DNA of 64,000 nucleotides from Escherichia phage QL01. Shown one piece after another: positions 7,690 to 19,200 of the stretch; the first letter of the stretch is position 1; every line of letters starts with the position of its first letter. The stretch lies in the sequence record NC_028847.1; one strand, given 5' to 3'. A model generated the notes under the pieces. It saw only the letters and a list, made by a program, of their open reading frames with translations, was not told the DNA's origin and made no database searches. A program made the translations under genes and the position numbers.

Positions 7690-8443
7690 TTTTATTTCCT
7701 AATAATTTATCAATAGTGGTGTATAGTTCAGAAAGAGTGCCGTTATTTTCAACAACAACGTCACCAGGTAAAATTGGTAGACCCGCTTCAGTGATGTGCG
7801 AGTCTTGTACTTGACCGGTTTCAGCGCGAACTACATGAATAATCGTAGCACCCATCGCTCTGAGCGAATCAATTTCGTGTGTTTGACGAACATCAGGTAC
7901 GACATAGTATTTCGCATCAGAGTATATTTTATCAAAATAGTCTAAAGCGAACAACTTAACCCAATACATCTTATCAAATTGGTTAACAATAATATCAGTC
8001 CCAAGGGTCTGCATGAGACGACGTACTGACCAATTGTTATTTTTATTTATTACTTCAAACAGTTGGTCTTTTGTTTCTTCAGACAGATACTGGACTGGGG
8101 TAAGACCATAATGATATGCGGTACGAACATCCATTCCTGGAATAGGAAGGATATTATTCAGTTTGACAATAGCATTTTCAAAGATATCAATCACATCATA
8201 TGGTTTTAAAGGAATGATTTCTTCACGGTCGTAACCGATACCTTCAAAACAGTTAAAATCTAGTTTAGGCATGTAACTACGGTCGAATACAGGGTCATCA
8301 GAGATGTATTCATAGGCTTCAGCCAGATACTTTTTAATAGGACCTGCGAGCTGAAATTTTACCGAATCCATATTTTCGATTACATAGTTAGCAACGGTAT
8401 CCTTACCGCTACGTTTGATTCCTACAATTGATATTAGTTTCAT
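7682..8443 (-). CDS. 1: gp1 deoxynucleoside monophosphate kinase
   Basis: 253 aa with P-loop GIKRSGKDT; T4 order 57A-1-3-2-4. Confidence 0.8.
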
Positions 8444-9033
8444 TATTTTCTCATAGATGGATGCATAGACATACGAGCCACTCGTTGTTCGGCATACGAA
8501 TCAATTTGTGGACGACCTGTAACTATTGTACCATCTATTTCTACAGCAAACGATTTGAAGTTGAATGTTGCTGTGGCGATAATCGCCGGGTCAGAATCCT
8601 CTTTATAAGAGTACTGGATTTCCGAGAGGTCGGATGGCCAACCATCGTAGTAATGAATGCTCATTACGATTTTCTGTTTGTTATTATCAAGGATGTGGAG
8701 GGTGATAGCTTCCGGTTGACCTTTAGGATGCCAGGCTTCTGAATCATGGGTTACATAGTTGTTTAATGACAACATCCACTTATAAACGTCAAGCCACGAT
8801 TTCAATTCACGGTCCACAAGAAAGTTCACAATCAATGGGTCGAATTCTACAGTAGAACCTGGCAGCTTAGCACGATGTATGCCCTGGGTCGATCCTGGGA
8901 CGTCTGAGACCGGAATATGGATACCCGGTAGTGTTACATCTTGTACGTTCAATTTGAATGCCTGTGTCATTCCTGCGTCACTAACCTCTAAGATAAAGTT
9001 AGTAGTGTTAGTTTGGTTAAATAAACCGTTCAT
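8443..9033 (-). CDS. 3: gp3 tail completion / sheath stabiliser
   Basis: 196 aa, synteny between gene 1 and gene 2. Confidence 0.65.
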   Translation of the reverse strand: MNGLFNQTNTTNFILEVSDAGMTQAFKLNVQDVTLPGIHIPVSDVPGSTQGIHRAKLPGSTVEFDPLIVNFLVDRELKSWLDVYKWMLSLNNYVTHDSEAWHPKGQPEAITLHILDNNKQKIVMSIHYYDGWPSDLSEIQYSYKEDSDPAIIATATFNFKSFAVEIDGTIVTGRPQIDSYAEQRVARMSMHPSMRK

Positions 9034-9115
9034 AGGGTTCCTATATTGCTTAAGTCCCAGACAGTGTATAATGGTCCTAGGTCTGTTCCATTCAATAACT
9101 GGCTGGGATAATAGA

Positions 9116-9766
9116 TTATTTTATAAATTCACGTAGTCTTACTGGTGTCATAAAAGGCCATTTGGCTATAGTTGGTTTTATCCAGTATCTTTCGTGGCAT
9201 GTAGCTTTAAATGCCCGAACCATATCCTTGGCCTCTTCTATAGTATCCACACCAAATTGTTCACAAGTTTCCTTTCTGGCTTTATCCCATCTCCGTTTAG
9301 AAAGCTCCGCTTGGAGTTCTTTATTGGCAAAACGGCCATTATTCCTATCATGAGTGGTTCCTTTTGTAGGACTCCATCCTCGTCCCTTTACAAATCCTTC
9401 AGGAATCGGTTCACCCGGAAACAGCTTAATACACTTCTTGCCATTATTATAATAAACCTTTCCTGTTTGGGTTGCTGTGATATTCTCAGAGTGCTTACGT
9501 TTAAGCCAGCCGTAAAGCTTATTAGAACGACGAGGGCCTTGAGTCATTGTCATAGCTGCAAAAGTTAGACCAGGATGTCCTGGATGCATTTTAACTAATA
9601 GTTGATGTGCTAAATAATGTTCTTCAGGAGTTAAATCAACTAAGTTTGTAGATTCATCACCTCCACCCATACATCTAGGTAAAATATGATGAGATTCGGT
9701 ATAACAGGATAGTGCTCGTCCTTGAGCACGTGTAATTAATGAAGAATATATTTTCTGGTAATTCAT
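9116..9766 (-). CDS. HNH homing endonuclease (Mob-like)
   Basis: motif ESHHILPRCMGGGDESTNLVDLTPEEHYLAH; ATG at 9766 overlaps gp2 stop; inserted between genes 2 and 3. Confidence 0.75.
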   Translation of the reverse strand: MNYQKIYSSLITRAQGRALSCYTESHHILPRCMGGGDESTNLVDLTPEEHYLAHQLLVKMHPGHPGLTFAAMTMTQGPRRSNKLYGWLKRKHSENITATQTGKVYYNNGKKCIKLFPGEPIPEGFVKGRGWSPTKGTTHDRNNGRFANKELQAELSKRRWDKARKETCEQFGVDTIEEAKDMVRAFKATCHERYWIKPTIAKWPFMTPVRLREFIK

Positions 9767-10602
9767 TATGCCTTCTTCCAAACTTTCTGAGCTGAATAAC
9801 GCTTACCTTTCGATACAAATTGCTGAAGTGGTAATCCTATTACATTAGCCCAATCAGATGGTTTTATCTCTACTAAAGGTCCCTTAATATTTCCAGGGAT
9901 ATAAGCCTTAATCATCACGTCGGCGCCAGCGAATCCTTTTACCTTACTCCAATCGATTTTTAATTTAGTCGAGTTCGTAATGGTAGGCGTACTCGCGTAT
10001 TGCTTCAGCAATTCTTCCAGAAATTGCTGACGTGCTTTAGGTGGAATATAGTGTAAGTTCAGTCCGTACATTAAATTATGCTTACCTAACCCAAGATAAA
10101 TTATTAAAGGATATTTGTCCCAGTATGGTAGGGTATCCTTATGTTTGGCATCATAGATATAAGCATAAAGCTTACCAGGAGACGGTTTAGATACCTGGTG
10201 TCCACGAATTCCTTTCTTTAATGTTTCTGTAAACCATTTAGCTGATTTATTGTTTACGGCAGCGCCTTCGTTAGCAATCTTATCGCGAATACTCTTTCTA
10301 AAACTATTCACCAAAATTAATTGACGTTCGGCTTTGGTTAATTTATTGCCAGGTTTCTTCTGAAGTTTTTCAACCTGTACAGCAGTTTTAATTCGACTCG
10401 AGTATCGAGACATCGCAGATGTAAAGCTAGAATACTTGATGCCTTTATCTTCAGCGAATTTCTTAGCCGAAACACCTTTAGCCTTAGCGTTGGCATATTC
10501 AACGCCTAAAGTTATCCATTGTTGTTCTGAACGAGTAGGCTTGGAACCTTTTGTAGTTTCAGTAGCCTCGTTGATGTAAGAAAATATACTCATCCTTTCC
10601 AT
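9766..10602 (-). CDS. 2: gp2 DNA end-protector protein
   Basis: 278 aa, synteny and size (T4 gp2 about 274 aa). Confidence 0.7.
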   Translation of the reverse strand: MERMSIFSYINEATETTKGSKPTRSEQQWITLGVEYANAKAKGVSAKKFAEDKGIKYSSFTSAMSRYSSRIKTAVQVEKLQKKPGNKLTKAERQLILVNSFRKSIRDKIANEGAAVNNKSAKWFTETLKKGIRGHQVSKPSPGKLYAYIYDAKHKDTLPYWDKYPLIIYLGLGKHNLMYGLNLHYIPPKARQQFLEELLKQYASTPTITNSTKLKIDWSKVKGFAGADVMIKAYIPGNIKGPLVEIKPSDWANVIGLPLQQFVSKGKRYSAQKVWKKA

Positions 10603-11039
10603 CCTAATTTTTTCAGTGAGTTTTCGGTAATCAATCTGAAATTAATTCCCATTTTATCTGCTGTAGCTTTAGCAGCTTTCCATTTATCTTTATTTACACT
10701 CCATGTATAATGTTCGTTGATATATCTCTTTTTAGCAGCTGTAGTCATTTTAGCAGGCGCCGCTGGAGGATGGGTCTCTTTAAAAGGTTTGACTTCGAAA
10801 AAGAATTGTTGACCATTGTCGAACTTCACCCAGAAGTCCATAAAATACCGACGTTTCTTTCCATCAGCGTTACTAAAATATGGAATCACAACCTCTTCCG
10901 AGTTCCACTGGACGACATTAGGATGGTTGTCAAGCCAACGCATAAGCCATGCTTCCCAAGAGGAACGATATTGGATTTTCTTCCAATCACCTTTATATTT
11001 TTGTAAGTTTGTAGGTTTAAATTTCCCTGAGTAGGCCAT
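10590..11039 (-). CDS. 4: gp4 head completion protein
   Basis: 149 aa, synteny and size (T4 gp4 about 150 aa); late promoter upstream. Confidence 0.7.
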   Translation of the reverse strand: MAYSGKFKPTNLQKYKGDWKKIQYRSSWEAWLMRWLDNHPNVVQWNSEEVVIPYFSNADGKKRRYFMDFWVKFDNGQQFFFEVKPFKETHPPAAPAKMTTAAKKRYINEHYTWSVNKDKWKAAKATADKMGINFRLITENSLKKLGWKG

Positions 11040-11049
11040 AGTGCCTCCT

Positions 11050-11057
11050 TATAAATA
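11050..11057 (+). promoter_or_regulatory. late promoter TATAAATA for gp53
   Basis: exact TATAAATA about 28 nt upstream of gp53 ATG. Confidence 0.6.
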
Positions 11058-11064
11058 TTAATAT

Positions 11065-11072
11065 TATTTATA
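11065..11072 (-). promoter_or_regulatory. late promoter TATAAATA for gp4 (divergent)
   Basis: exact TATAAATA on minus strand about 26 nt upstream of gp4 ATG. Confidence 0.6.
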
Positions 11073-11084
11073 CTCGGAGGCACT

Positions 11085-11687
11085 ATGCTCTTCTCATTTT
11101 TCGATCCTATAAATTACGAATCAAAAACAGTCAAGCCAGATTCCGGCTCATTAACTGATGCCGATGTACTGAGCGTACCGATGACTGATATATTTAGAAA
11201 CTATAAAGAATATTTTGATAAAGTGGCTAAAAATTATACACTTAAAACATATTATATCAGTGGGGCCCCTCGTCCAGAAGAATTAGCCCATCAACTTTAT
11301 GGTAACGTGCAATTATATTGGGTTTTATTGATGTGTAATAACGTATATGACCCTTATTACGGCTGGATTACAGGCCAAGAATCTGCGTATCAAGCAGCTA
11401 TTCAACGTTATGCTACTGCAGGCGGAAACCAAGTCCTTTATCATGTCAATGAAAAGGGTGAGAAATTCTGGAATCTAGTAAATACTCCGGAAAATCCTTA
11501 TACTTGGTACGATAAAGGTGATACAGAAAAACGTTATCCTCAATATGAAGGTCCTTTGGCTGCAGTAGATATTTACGAGGACGCCATTCGTAAAAATGAA
11601 TATAAGCGCGAAATAAAGATTATAGACCCTAATGACATCGAGTCCTTTGTTTCCGCTTTAATTAGAGAAATGGAGAAAGCCCTCTAA
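11085..11687 (+). CDS. 53: gp53 baseplate wedge protein
   Basis: 200 aa, MLFSFFDPINYESK..., close to recalled T4 gp53; start of conserved late gene run. Confidence 0.9.
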   Translation: MLFSFFDPINYESKTVKPDSGSLTDADVLSVPMTDIFRNYKEYFDKVAKNYTLKTYYISGAPRPEELAHQLYGNVQLYWVLLMCNNVYDPYYGWITGQESAYQAAIQRYATAGGNQVLYHVNEKGEKFWNLVNTPENPYTWYDKGDTEKRYPQYEGPLAAVDIYEDAIRKNEYKREIKIIDPNDIESFVSALIREMEKAL

Positions 11688-13429
11688 TGATTAACATGTC
11701 TGATAATGTAAGTTGGTTCGTCGGTGTAGTTGAAGACCGAATGGACCCACTCCAACAAGGCCGAGTACGCGTGCGCGTATGGGGTATGCATCCATATGAA
11801 AAAGTACAAGGCCCTGTAAAAGGCCTTCGTACAGAAGATTTACCATGGATGTCGGTATTAATGCCTACATCTTCTGCCTCTGTTTCAGGTATCCAAACCG
11901 CTATGACTGGTATGGTCCCCGGTACACAAGTTTATGGTCACTTTCTTGATAAGTGGAAATTAAACGGACTTGTCCTTGGTACATACGGTTCCGCTTCAAG
12001 ACAGAAGGCTAATCCTAATGAAGGGTTTAGTGACCCTACAGGCCAATATCCGCTTTATTTAGGTAACGATGCTGCTGCTTTAAACCGAGGTGGTGAAGTT
12101 GGATACGATGCCACTTCTAACGTAATACAAGATGCAAACACTGATGTAGGTATTAATCCTGACGGGTTGGATTTAAGTCAAGTCAAACCAGACGATAATC
12201 CTAATTTCACAATAGAAAACATGCTTCATCGTGATGAAGGGCTTAGACTGAAGGTATATTGGGATACCGAAGGTTATCCTACTATAGGTATAGGCCACCT
12301 TATCACACCACAACCTATTAGAGATATGAATCGAATAAACAAAATATTATCTAATCAGGTAGGACGAGAAGTTAAAGGTAACCCTGGTGCAATATCAATG
12401 GATGAGGCTTCTAAATTATTCCAAGAAGACCTTAAAAAAGTCCAAAACGATATAGGTCGGCATAGTGTTGTAGGTCCTGTTTACAATAAAGAAAACCGTT
12501 CAAGACAAATGGCTCTTGAAAACATGGCTTTCCAAATGGGATTAGGTGGATTGGCTAAATTCCGTGGAATGCTTAGTGCAATGCTAATAGGCGATTATAA
12601 AAAGGCATTTGAGGAAGCTCGTAATTCAGTATGGTTTAACCAAACTAAAGGTCGCGCATCAAGGGTGTCAATGATTATCCTCACAGGTAACATGGAATCA
12701 TATGGTATTATGGCCCCTAAAGAAAGGTCATTTAATGGCCGTTCGTATAGAATGATTCAAACCTTTGTGGCCCCTACAAATTCAGACCCTGCCGACCCGT
12801 GGACTCCAGAAGACACAAGGATTCTTTTTAAAGAACCTGATTCTAGTTATAAAGGCGAATATCCATATGTCCAAACCATGCAAACTGAAGGCGGGCATAT
12901 CCAAGAATTCGATAATACCCCAGGGCAAGAACGATACCGTTTAATCCATCCTACCGGTAGTTATGAAGAAGTTGCTCCTGATGGACGTAAAACTTCTAAG
13001 ACGGTAGCCGATGGTTATTATATGACCCAAGGCGATTCAAATACTTATGTTGGTGGTAATAATAAAGTCAACGTTGGTGGCGATGAAACCTATTATAATA
13101 TGGCAAACGTGCGTCGTCAGACTGATGGAAACGAAACCATCCATATTCGCGGTAATGAAGAGAAAACTGTAGAAGGTAATGGCACCCTTCGTGTTAAAGG
13201 TAATGTTACTGTTATTGTTGAAGGAAATGCTGATGTTACTGTTAAGGGTGATGCAACTACCTTAGTTGAAGGTAATGAAACTCGTACGACCAATGGTAAT
13301 TTAAATTGGACAGTAAACGGTACCGTTTCTTGGACTTGTGCAGGTGCGTGGTCCGAGACTATGGCTTCAATGAGTTCTATTGCATCTGGTCAATATACTA
13401 TTGATGGTTCGAGGATTGACATTGGCTAA
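11687..13429 (+). CDS. 5: gp5 baseplate hub / tail lysozyme
   Basis: 580 aa with lysozyme motif EGYPTIGIGHLIT and C-terminal beta-helix VxGxxxV repeats. Confidence 0.9.
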   Translation: MINMSDNVSWFVGVVEDRMDPLQQGRVRVRVWGMHPYEKVQGPVKGLRTEDLPWMSVLMPTSSASVSGIQTAMTGMVPGTQVYGHFLDKWKLNGLVLGTYGSASRQKANPNEGFSDPTGQYPLYLGNDAAALNRGGEVGYDATSNVIQDANTDVGINPDGLDLSQVKPDDNPNFTIENMLHRDEGLRLKVYWDTEGYPTIGIGHLITPQPIRDMNRINKILSNQVGREVKGNPGAISMDEASKLFQEDLKKVQNDIGRHSVVGPVYNKENRSRQMALENMAFQMGLGGLAKFRGMLSAMLIGDYKKAFEEARNSVWFNQTKGRASRVSMIILTGNMESYGIMAPKERSFNGRSYRMIQTFVAPTNSDPADPWTPEDTRILFKEPDSSYKGEYPYVQTMQTEGGHIQEFDNTPGQERYRLIHPTGSYEEVAPDGRKTSKTVADGYYMTQGDSNTYVGGNNKVNVGGDETYYNMANVRRQTDGNETIHIRGNEEKTVEGNGTLRVKGNVTVIVEGNADVTVKGDATTLVEGNETRTTNGNLNWTVNGTVSWTCAGAWSETMASMSSIASGQYTIDGSRIDIG

Positions 13430-13439
13430 TATTTTACCT

Positions 13440-13961
13440 ATGAGCACAGATTTAGGAGACTCCATGGAAGGAGCCTCAATCGATGTTACGTTTACTGCTC
13501 AATTAGAAACAAACGAAACATTAGTTGAAATAAATATAACAGAATATGAGCCTACAGAAGGCATTATTGTCGATGGAGCTCATTTATATGGAACCTACGA
13601 ATCGGTATTTGGATTCTCTGAAGATGCCTTGAAATATCGATTAAACGATGAATTTAAAACAGCCGGTTCATGGAAAGACTTACCAGGCGATAGTAACACT
13701 CAATTATACCTCTGGAAAGCCCCTAGTAATCTCCAGAAGACGTTTTCTTACACAGTCACATTAATCTATGACTTTCAAGAAGAGTCATCAGGAGGTGATA
13801 CAGGGAACTCAGGCGGTAGTAATTCTAGGGCCGGTAGCGAAATAGACCCTCCTCCGGCTCCTGTAAGAAAAACCCTTACTAAGGTTTATACCAAGGTTAT
13901 TGTCGGTAATTGGTCCAAATGGGCAAATCAATTAAGAGAATACGTATATGCGAGGCCATAA
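13440..13961 (+). CDS. 5.1: gp5.1-like protein
   Basis: ORF 13380..13961 trimmed to ATG after gp5 stop; position between gp5 and gp5.4. Confidence 0.55.
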   Translation: MSTDLGDSMEGASIDVTFTAQLETNETLVEINITEYEPTEGIIVDGAHLYGTYESVFGFSEDALKYRLNDEFKTAGSWKDLPGDSNTQLYLWKAPSNLQKTFSYTVTLIYDFQEESSGGDTGNSGGSNSRAGSEIDPPPAPVRKTLTKVYTKVIVGNWSKWANQLREYVYARP

Positions 13962-14255
13962 ATGTCAGGCTTAAGTTATAACCAATGCGTAACAGCAGGT
14001 CATGAAGCGTGGCCTCCTACAGTAATAAATGCCACTCAAGGTAAAGTATTTACAGGTGGTATTCCTGTATTAGTTGCAGGAGACCCTATTACAGAACACA
14101 CAGAAATTAAAAAACCATATGAAACCCATGGTGGGGTAACCCAACCTAGAACATCAAAGGTGTATGTTACAGGCAAAAAGGCTGTCCAGATGGCAGACCC
14201 TATTTCGTGCGGAGATACAGTCGCACAAGCCTCATCTAAAGTATTCATAAAATAG
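13962..14255 (+). CDS. 5.4: gp5.4 PAAR-repeat spike tip protein
   Basis: 97 aa, same size as T4 gp5.4; position after gp5. Confidence 0.7.
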   Translation: MSGLSYNQCVTAGHEAWPPTVINATQGKVFTGGIPVLVAGDPITEHTEIKKPYETHGGVTQPRTSKVYVTGKKAVQMADPISCGDTVAQASSKVFIK

Positions 14256-14263
14256 GAATTAAA

Positions 14264-16222
14264 ATGGCTACTCCTACGAATTACCAATTAACAAGAACCG
14301 TTAACGCTATCCCAAAAGTATTTGTGGGAGCTACGTTTGAAGAGATTAAAAAGAATATTATCGATTGGCTTTCTAGCCAGGACGAATTTAAGGATTACGA
14401 TTTCGTTGGTTCGCGAATGAATATCCTGATTGACATGCTAGCTTACAACACCCTGTATATGCAGCAGTTTGCTAATACTGCAGTATATGAATCTTTCATC
14501 GGTACTGCTAACTTGCGTTCCTCCGTCGTCCAGGCTGCACAGGATAACGGCTATTTGCCAAGTTCTAAATCAGCAGCCAAAACAAGTATCATGTTGACCT
14601 GTACTCAAGCCCTGAATGAAAAGAATATTCGTATCCCACGTGGTACTAAATTCCTGGCCTATGCTCGTGATACTTCAGCGGACCCATACGCTTTTGTTAC
14701 CACGGAAAACGTTATTGCCGTACGTGATGTTAATAACCAATATCTTCCTATCGTATCTTTAGCACAAGGCCGTATTATTCGTACCGAACTTAAGTATGAC
14801 CCTAAAACTCCTATTCTTATTCGTGACCCGGATATTGATAGACAGGAAGTTAAACTTTATGTCGATGGCGCAGAATGGACTAACTGGACTAATAAATCCA
14901 TGGTTCATGCTGGTAGTACATCAACAATTTACTATATGCGTGAAACCGTAGATGGTAATACTGAATTCTTCTTTGGTGAAGGTGTTGCTGAAAAATCAGT
15001 TGCAGGTGGGGTATTAGAAGCTAATTATATTGGTGGTTTAAAACCTGTTAAAGATGCTACTATTGTTATAGAATATCTTCGTACTGATGGCGAAGTTGCT
15101 AACGGGGCGGTGGACTTTAGTTATGCGGATTCTTTGGCATATATTACGGTTGAAAAAATTACAGAAAACTACGATGAAAATCCGGATTATGTAGGTGCTG
15201 ATGGTGGTGGTGACCCTGAAGATATTGAACGTATTCGCGAATTGGCTGTAGTTAAACGTGAAGCCCAGATGCGTGCTGTAACTGGTACAGATTATGATAC
15301 ATTCGTTTCGGAGCGATTTGGGTCTATTGTACAAGCAGTACAAACCTTTACGGACCCAAATAAACCAGGTTACGCCTTTGTTACCATTAAACCTAAATCA
15401 GGATTGTATTTGACGGCAGTACAACGTGAAGATATCCAAAATTATCTTTCAGAATTTAACTTGGCACCTATTACCCCTTCGGTTATTTCTCCTGACTACT
15501 TGTTCTTGAAGCATAAAATTAAGGTTTCATATGCACTGAACAAATTACAGGAATCCGAACAATGGTTAACGGCTCAAATCCTTTCTCAAATAGACCGTTA
15601 TTATATTAACGAAGTTGAAATATTCAACCATGGATTTGCCAAGTCTAAAATGTTGACTTATATTGATAATGCAGACCACAGTATCCTTGGCTCTTCGGCT
15701 ACGGTAACAATGGTTCGCGAGGTATTAAACTTCTTCAAAACACCTGAAGCGGGTATTAAATACTATAATCAATACACCAACCGTTCTGTAACTTCTAGTG
15801 AATTTGAGTTCGTCCCAACAAACGTATCCGATGTTGTTAAATCTTACAACGTACGTATTGTTGCCACAGATAAAGACGAACGAGGCGATGGTAAAATGGT
15901 TATAGGTCCTTTCCGACCTGGCGATGTAATTGAAAACCAATACATCCAACCTTACACCGGAGATGACTTCGATAAAATGGCAGCGCCTGCAGACCAATCG
16001 GTCTACTATGTTATTGGCGAAATTGATTATTACTCGGACTTTATTTTCTGGGATATCGCCGCAATAGGCCTTACTTCCGACCGTTTTGAAGTCCAGTCTA
16101 TTGAACTTTATGCAGGGCCAGACCAAGACAACATCTTTACCAAAGACGGTTCTTTAATCGTATTTGAAGATGACCTTCGTCCTCAGTACACAACTATAGA
16201 GTTGGAACCAATTACAATATAA
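14264..16222 (+). CDS. 6: gp6 baseplate wedge protein
   Basis: 652 aa, synteny and size. Confidence 0.85.
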   Translation: MATPTNYQLTRTVNAIPKVFVGATFEEIKKNIIDWLSSQDEFKDYDFVGSRMNILIDMLAYNTLYMQQFANTAVYESFIGTANLRSSVVQAAQDNGYLPSSKSAAKTSIMLTCTQALNEKNIRIPRGTKFLAYARDTSADPYAFVTTENVIAVRDVNNQYLPIVSLAQGRIIRTELKYDPKTPILIRDPDIDRQEVKLYVDGAEWTNWTNKSMVHAGSTSTIYYMRETVDGNTEFFFGEGVAEKSVAGGVLEANYIGGLKPVKDATIVIEYLRTDGEVANGAVDFSYADSLAYITVEKITENYDENPDYVGADGGGDPEDIERIRELAVVKREAQMRAVTGTDYDTFVSERFGSIVQAVQTFTDPNKPGYAFVTIKPKSGLYLTAVQREDIQNYLSEFNLAPITPSVISPDYLFLKHKIKVSYALNKLQESEQWLTAQILSQIDRYYINEVEIFNHGFAKSKMLTYIDNADHSILGSSATVTMVREVLNFFKTPEAGIKYYNQYTNRSVTSSEFEFVPTNVSDVVKSYNVRIVATDKDERGDGKMVIGPFRPGDVIENQYIQPYTGDDFDKMAAPADQSVYYVIGEIDYYSDFIFWDIAAIGLTSDRFEVQSIELYAGPDQDNIFTKDGSLIVFEDDLRPQYTTIELEPITI

Positions 16223-16249
16223 ACCTCTTCGGAGGTTTAAGGAGATTTA

Positions 16250-19200
16250 ATGTCTGTACAAGCGCCTTATGTTACTAGTCTGAGAATTGATAAACTCTCG
16301 GCTAACCATGTGAGCATTCTTTGGGATGACGTAGGCGCCAACTTCTATTATTTCGTAGAACTGGCCCAAACGAAGGATGCGGGTGTAGAAATTCCCGACG
16401 ATAGATTATTTTGGAGAAATTTAGGTTACACCCCTAATAACGAATGGTTTGAAGAGGCATTCATTTCTCCTAATTCATTTTATAAAATGCGAGTTGCGGT
16501 GGCCGCCCAGGGGTTTGAGCAGTCTGAATGGGTTTACACTGAAGAATTTGAAACTTTCTCTACCAACGCATATACATTTGAGCATATGCGTGAATTCACT
16601 TTGTCTAATAAATTTATTGAAGAAAAATTCACAAAAAATAATCAGAATTATGTGAACTTTAATACCGATGCCATTATGGCTTCCTTAATGACGGAAGATT
16701 TTAACTTTACGCCGGCGTATTCGCATTTGTCATCTATATCAAATTATGTTTTAAAAGCAGACCGATTCCATGAAATCCAAGGAAGCATCCAAGCGGTTTG
16801 TAAAGACCCTAAACGTTCTATTTTAATGGAACTTGGTGGTGTACTTTACCTTTTAGAAAGATTCCAAAGTACTGCTAAGGTTTCTAATGATAAAGGGCAG
16901 AACTGGCATTATATCCGTTTGTTTAATGACCGAGTAGGTAACCCTGTTTCGCGTACAGCACATTACCAAACTGAAACTACTACGTATGTTCTAGGTTATG
17001 ACCAAATATTTTACGGACGTAAATCAAGTGATATTCGTTGGTCTGCTGATGATGTCCGTTTTAGCTCCCAAGATATAACATTTGCTAAAATAGGTAGTGA
17101 TATCGACCTTCCATTTGAAATCGAGATATTTGGGTCATATGCAAAACTTCCTTTGCCTATTTCCACTATTGCTGAAGCTATATGCGCTTCTGATGATTTC
17201 ATTTATGTTGCAGGTAGAGACAGAGTTTATAAAGCAAAAACATCTGAGGCCCCTATAGACACCGACCCTAGTTCTCCGACTTATGGAGAGAAGATATTTG
17301 AAAGCAGATATTCGACTATCACAGGGAACCCTAAAGCTGTTTGTTATAAATTAGATTCTATCCAAGGCCATACATTTGCTTTAATTACAGGTGAAGTTAA
17401 AGAAGAAAAAATGGACCCTACGGTCGAATCCAATGTGGTTGATTCTGAATCCAAAGGTGTTTATTGGTTAGACACTTCAACTGATACATGGACCCGTGTA
17501 TTTGGAAACACTGAAGAAGAACGTCGTCGTATAGAGCATGGATATACCAGCATGTCTACTGATGGAGAGGAATTATTTTTCAGTTCAAGCAACTTTAGAT
17601 ATGAAGTAGAGGTTGATTCTGAGCTTCCTTTGGAATACCCTGAAATTGTCACCTCCGCCGTTAAATATGTTAAAGATGAACAATGGATTCACGATAAACA
17701 TTATTTGATGATGAGTTTTAGGTCTAACTCTAAATCCGATTTCAAAGAATTTAAACCTGGGCGTATGGCTTATTATGCCGAACCATTCTTTAGTTGGTCT
17801 CGACGCGATGGAACCCGTTCATGGATTACCACTGGTGACCATGCGATGGTTGTTTATAACGATGCTTTATACCAGAAAATTATCGACCTGAACAGTGGTT
17901 CTTCACCTGAACGTATTGTTCATGAGATTTGGAATAAAGGTTTTTGTAAAGTCACATCTCCTAATATAGAGTTCAACGGCTTTAAGAAATATTCTTCTGG
18001 AATGATGATTCACAAATCTACAGGTGAATTGGTTGGATATTTTGAATTCGACTATCGTGTACGCGATGAAGTCCGTGTTATTTGGAAGCCTAAAGAAATT
18101 ATGTTTACGGCTGAATTGCAAAACCAAGAACATGAAATCCCGTGGAAACCTAAAGAGGAAGTTGGTGAGCAAGACCCGGACCTCCAGCCTTTACTGGTTA
18201 AAATGATTCCAGATAGTTATTTGCTTCAAGATAGCAACTTTGAAAAATTCTGTGAATACTATCTCCAATTTATTAGTGATGGCTCAGGTACACACTATAA
18301 TAATTTGTTGAATCTTATTCGTAACCAATACCCACGTGAAGAAGATTCATGGGAATATTTGTGGTCGGAAATCTATAAGCGTAACATCTATTTGTCGAAA
18401 GAAAAACGCGACGAAGTAGTTCGTTTTTTCCAGGCGCGCCAAACCGATTTTTGGTCTACAAAAGGTACCGAGGCTTCATATAAATTCCTGTTTAAATTGC
18501 TTTACAATGAAGATGTAGAAATTGATATCGAGTCCAAGAACTCTATCGAATATGATATCATCGTAGAATCTGATAATATCAGTGAAGATATCGTAGGCCA
18601 AACGATTTATACTCCTACAGGTCGTAGTAATGTTACTTATATAGAACGAAATTACAAAGATGGTAAACTGCAATGGCGTTTAACCATTCATAATCTTTTA
18701 GGTCGTTTTATAGTCGGACAGGAAATTAAATCTGAACGTACTTCGTTCAAGGGTATGATTGTTCAGGGCGTACGTGGTAAAGAGCTTTTGAGTAACAATA
18801 TCGACTATATCAACCGTAACCGTTCTTATTATGTGATGACCATTAAGTCTAATCTCCCTACTTCTCGTTATCGCAACGATGTTTTGAGATTTGTTCATCC
18901 AGTAGGTTTCGGCTTTGTAGGTATAACTTTGCTTTCTATGTTCGTTAACGTAGGTTTAACGCTAAAACATACAGAAACTATTATTAATATCCTTAAGAAC
19001 TACAAATGGGACTCAGGTTTGCCATCTGAATGGTATGATAGAGTTGCTGTAATAGGTTTTGATGGTAATATAGAACGAGACCCTAGAACAGGACTTCCGG
19101 TTTATAACGTTGGACCTAAAGCAGGAGAACCGTTTGATATCCCTGCAGATTATGATGCGGAAAATGATTTCTCTGTATTCCAAGGTCAATTACCACACAA

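Noticed and set aside
16221-16238. Hairpin aaacctc-TTCG-gaggttt between gp6 and gp7 as a terminator
   Set aside because: No U-run follows; it is immediately followed by the gp7 RBS, so more likely a stability or processing stem than a terminator.
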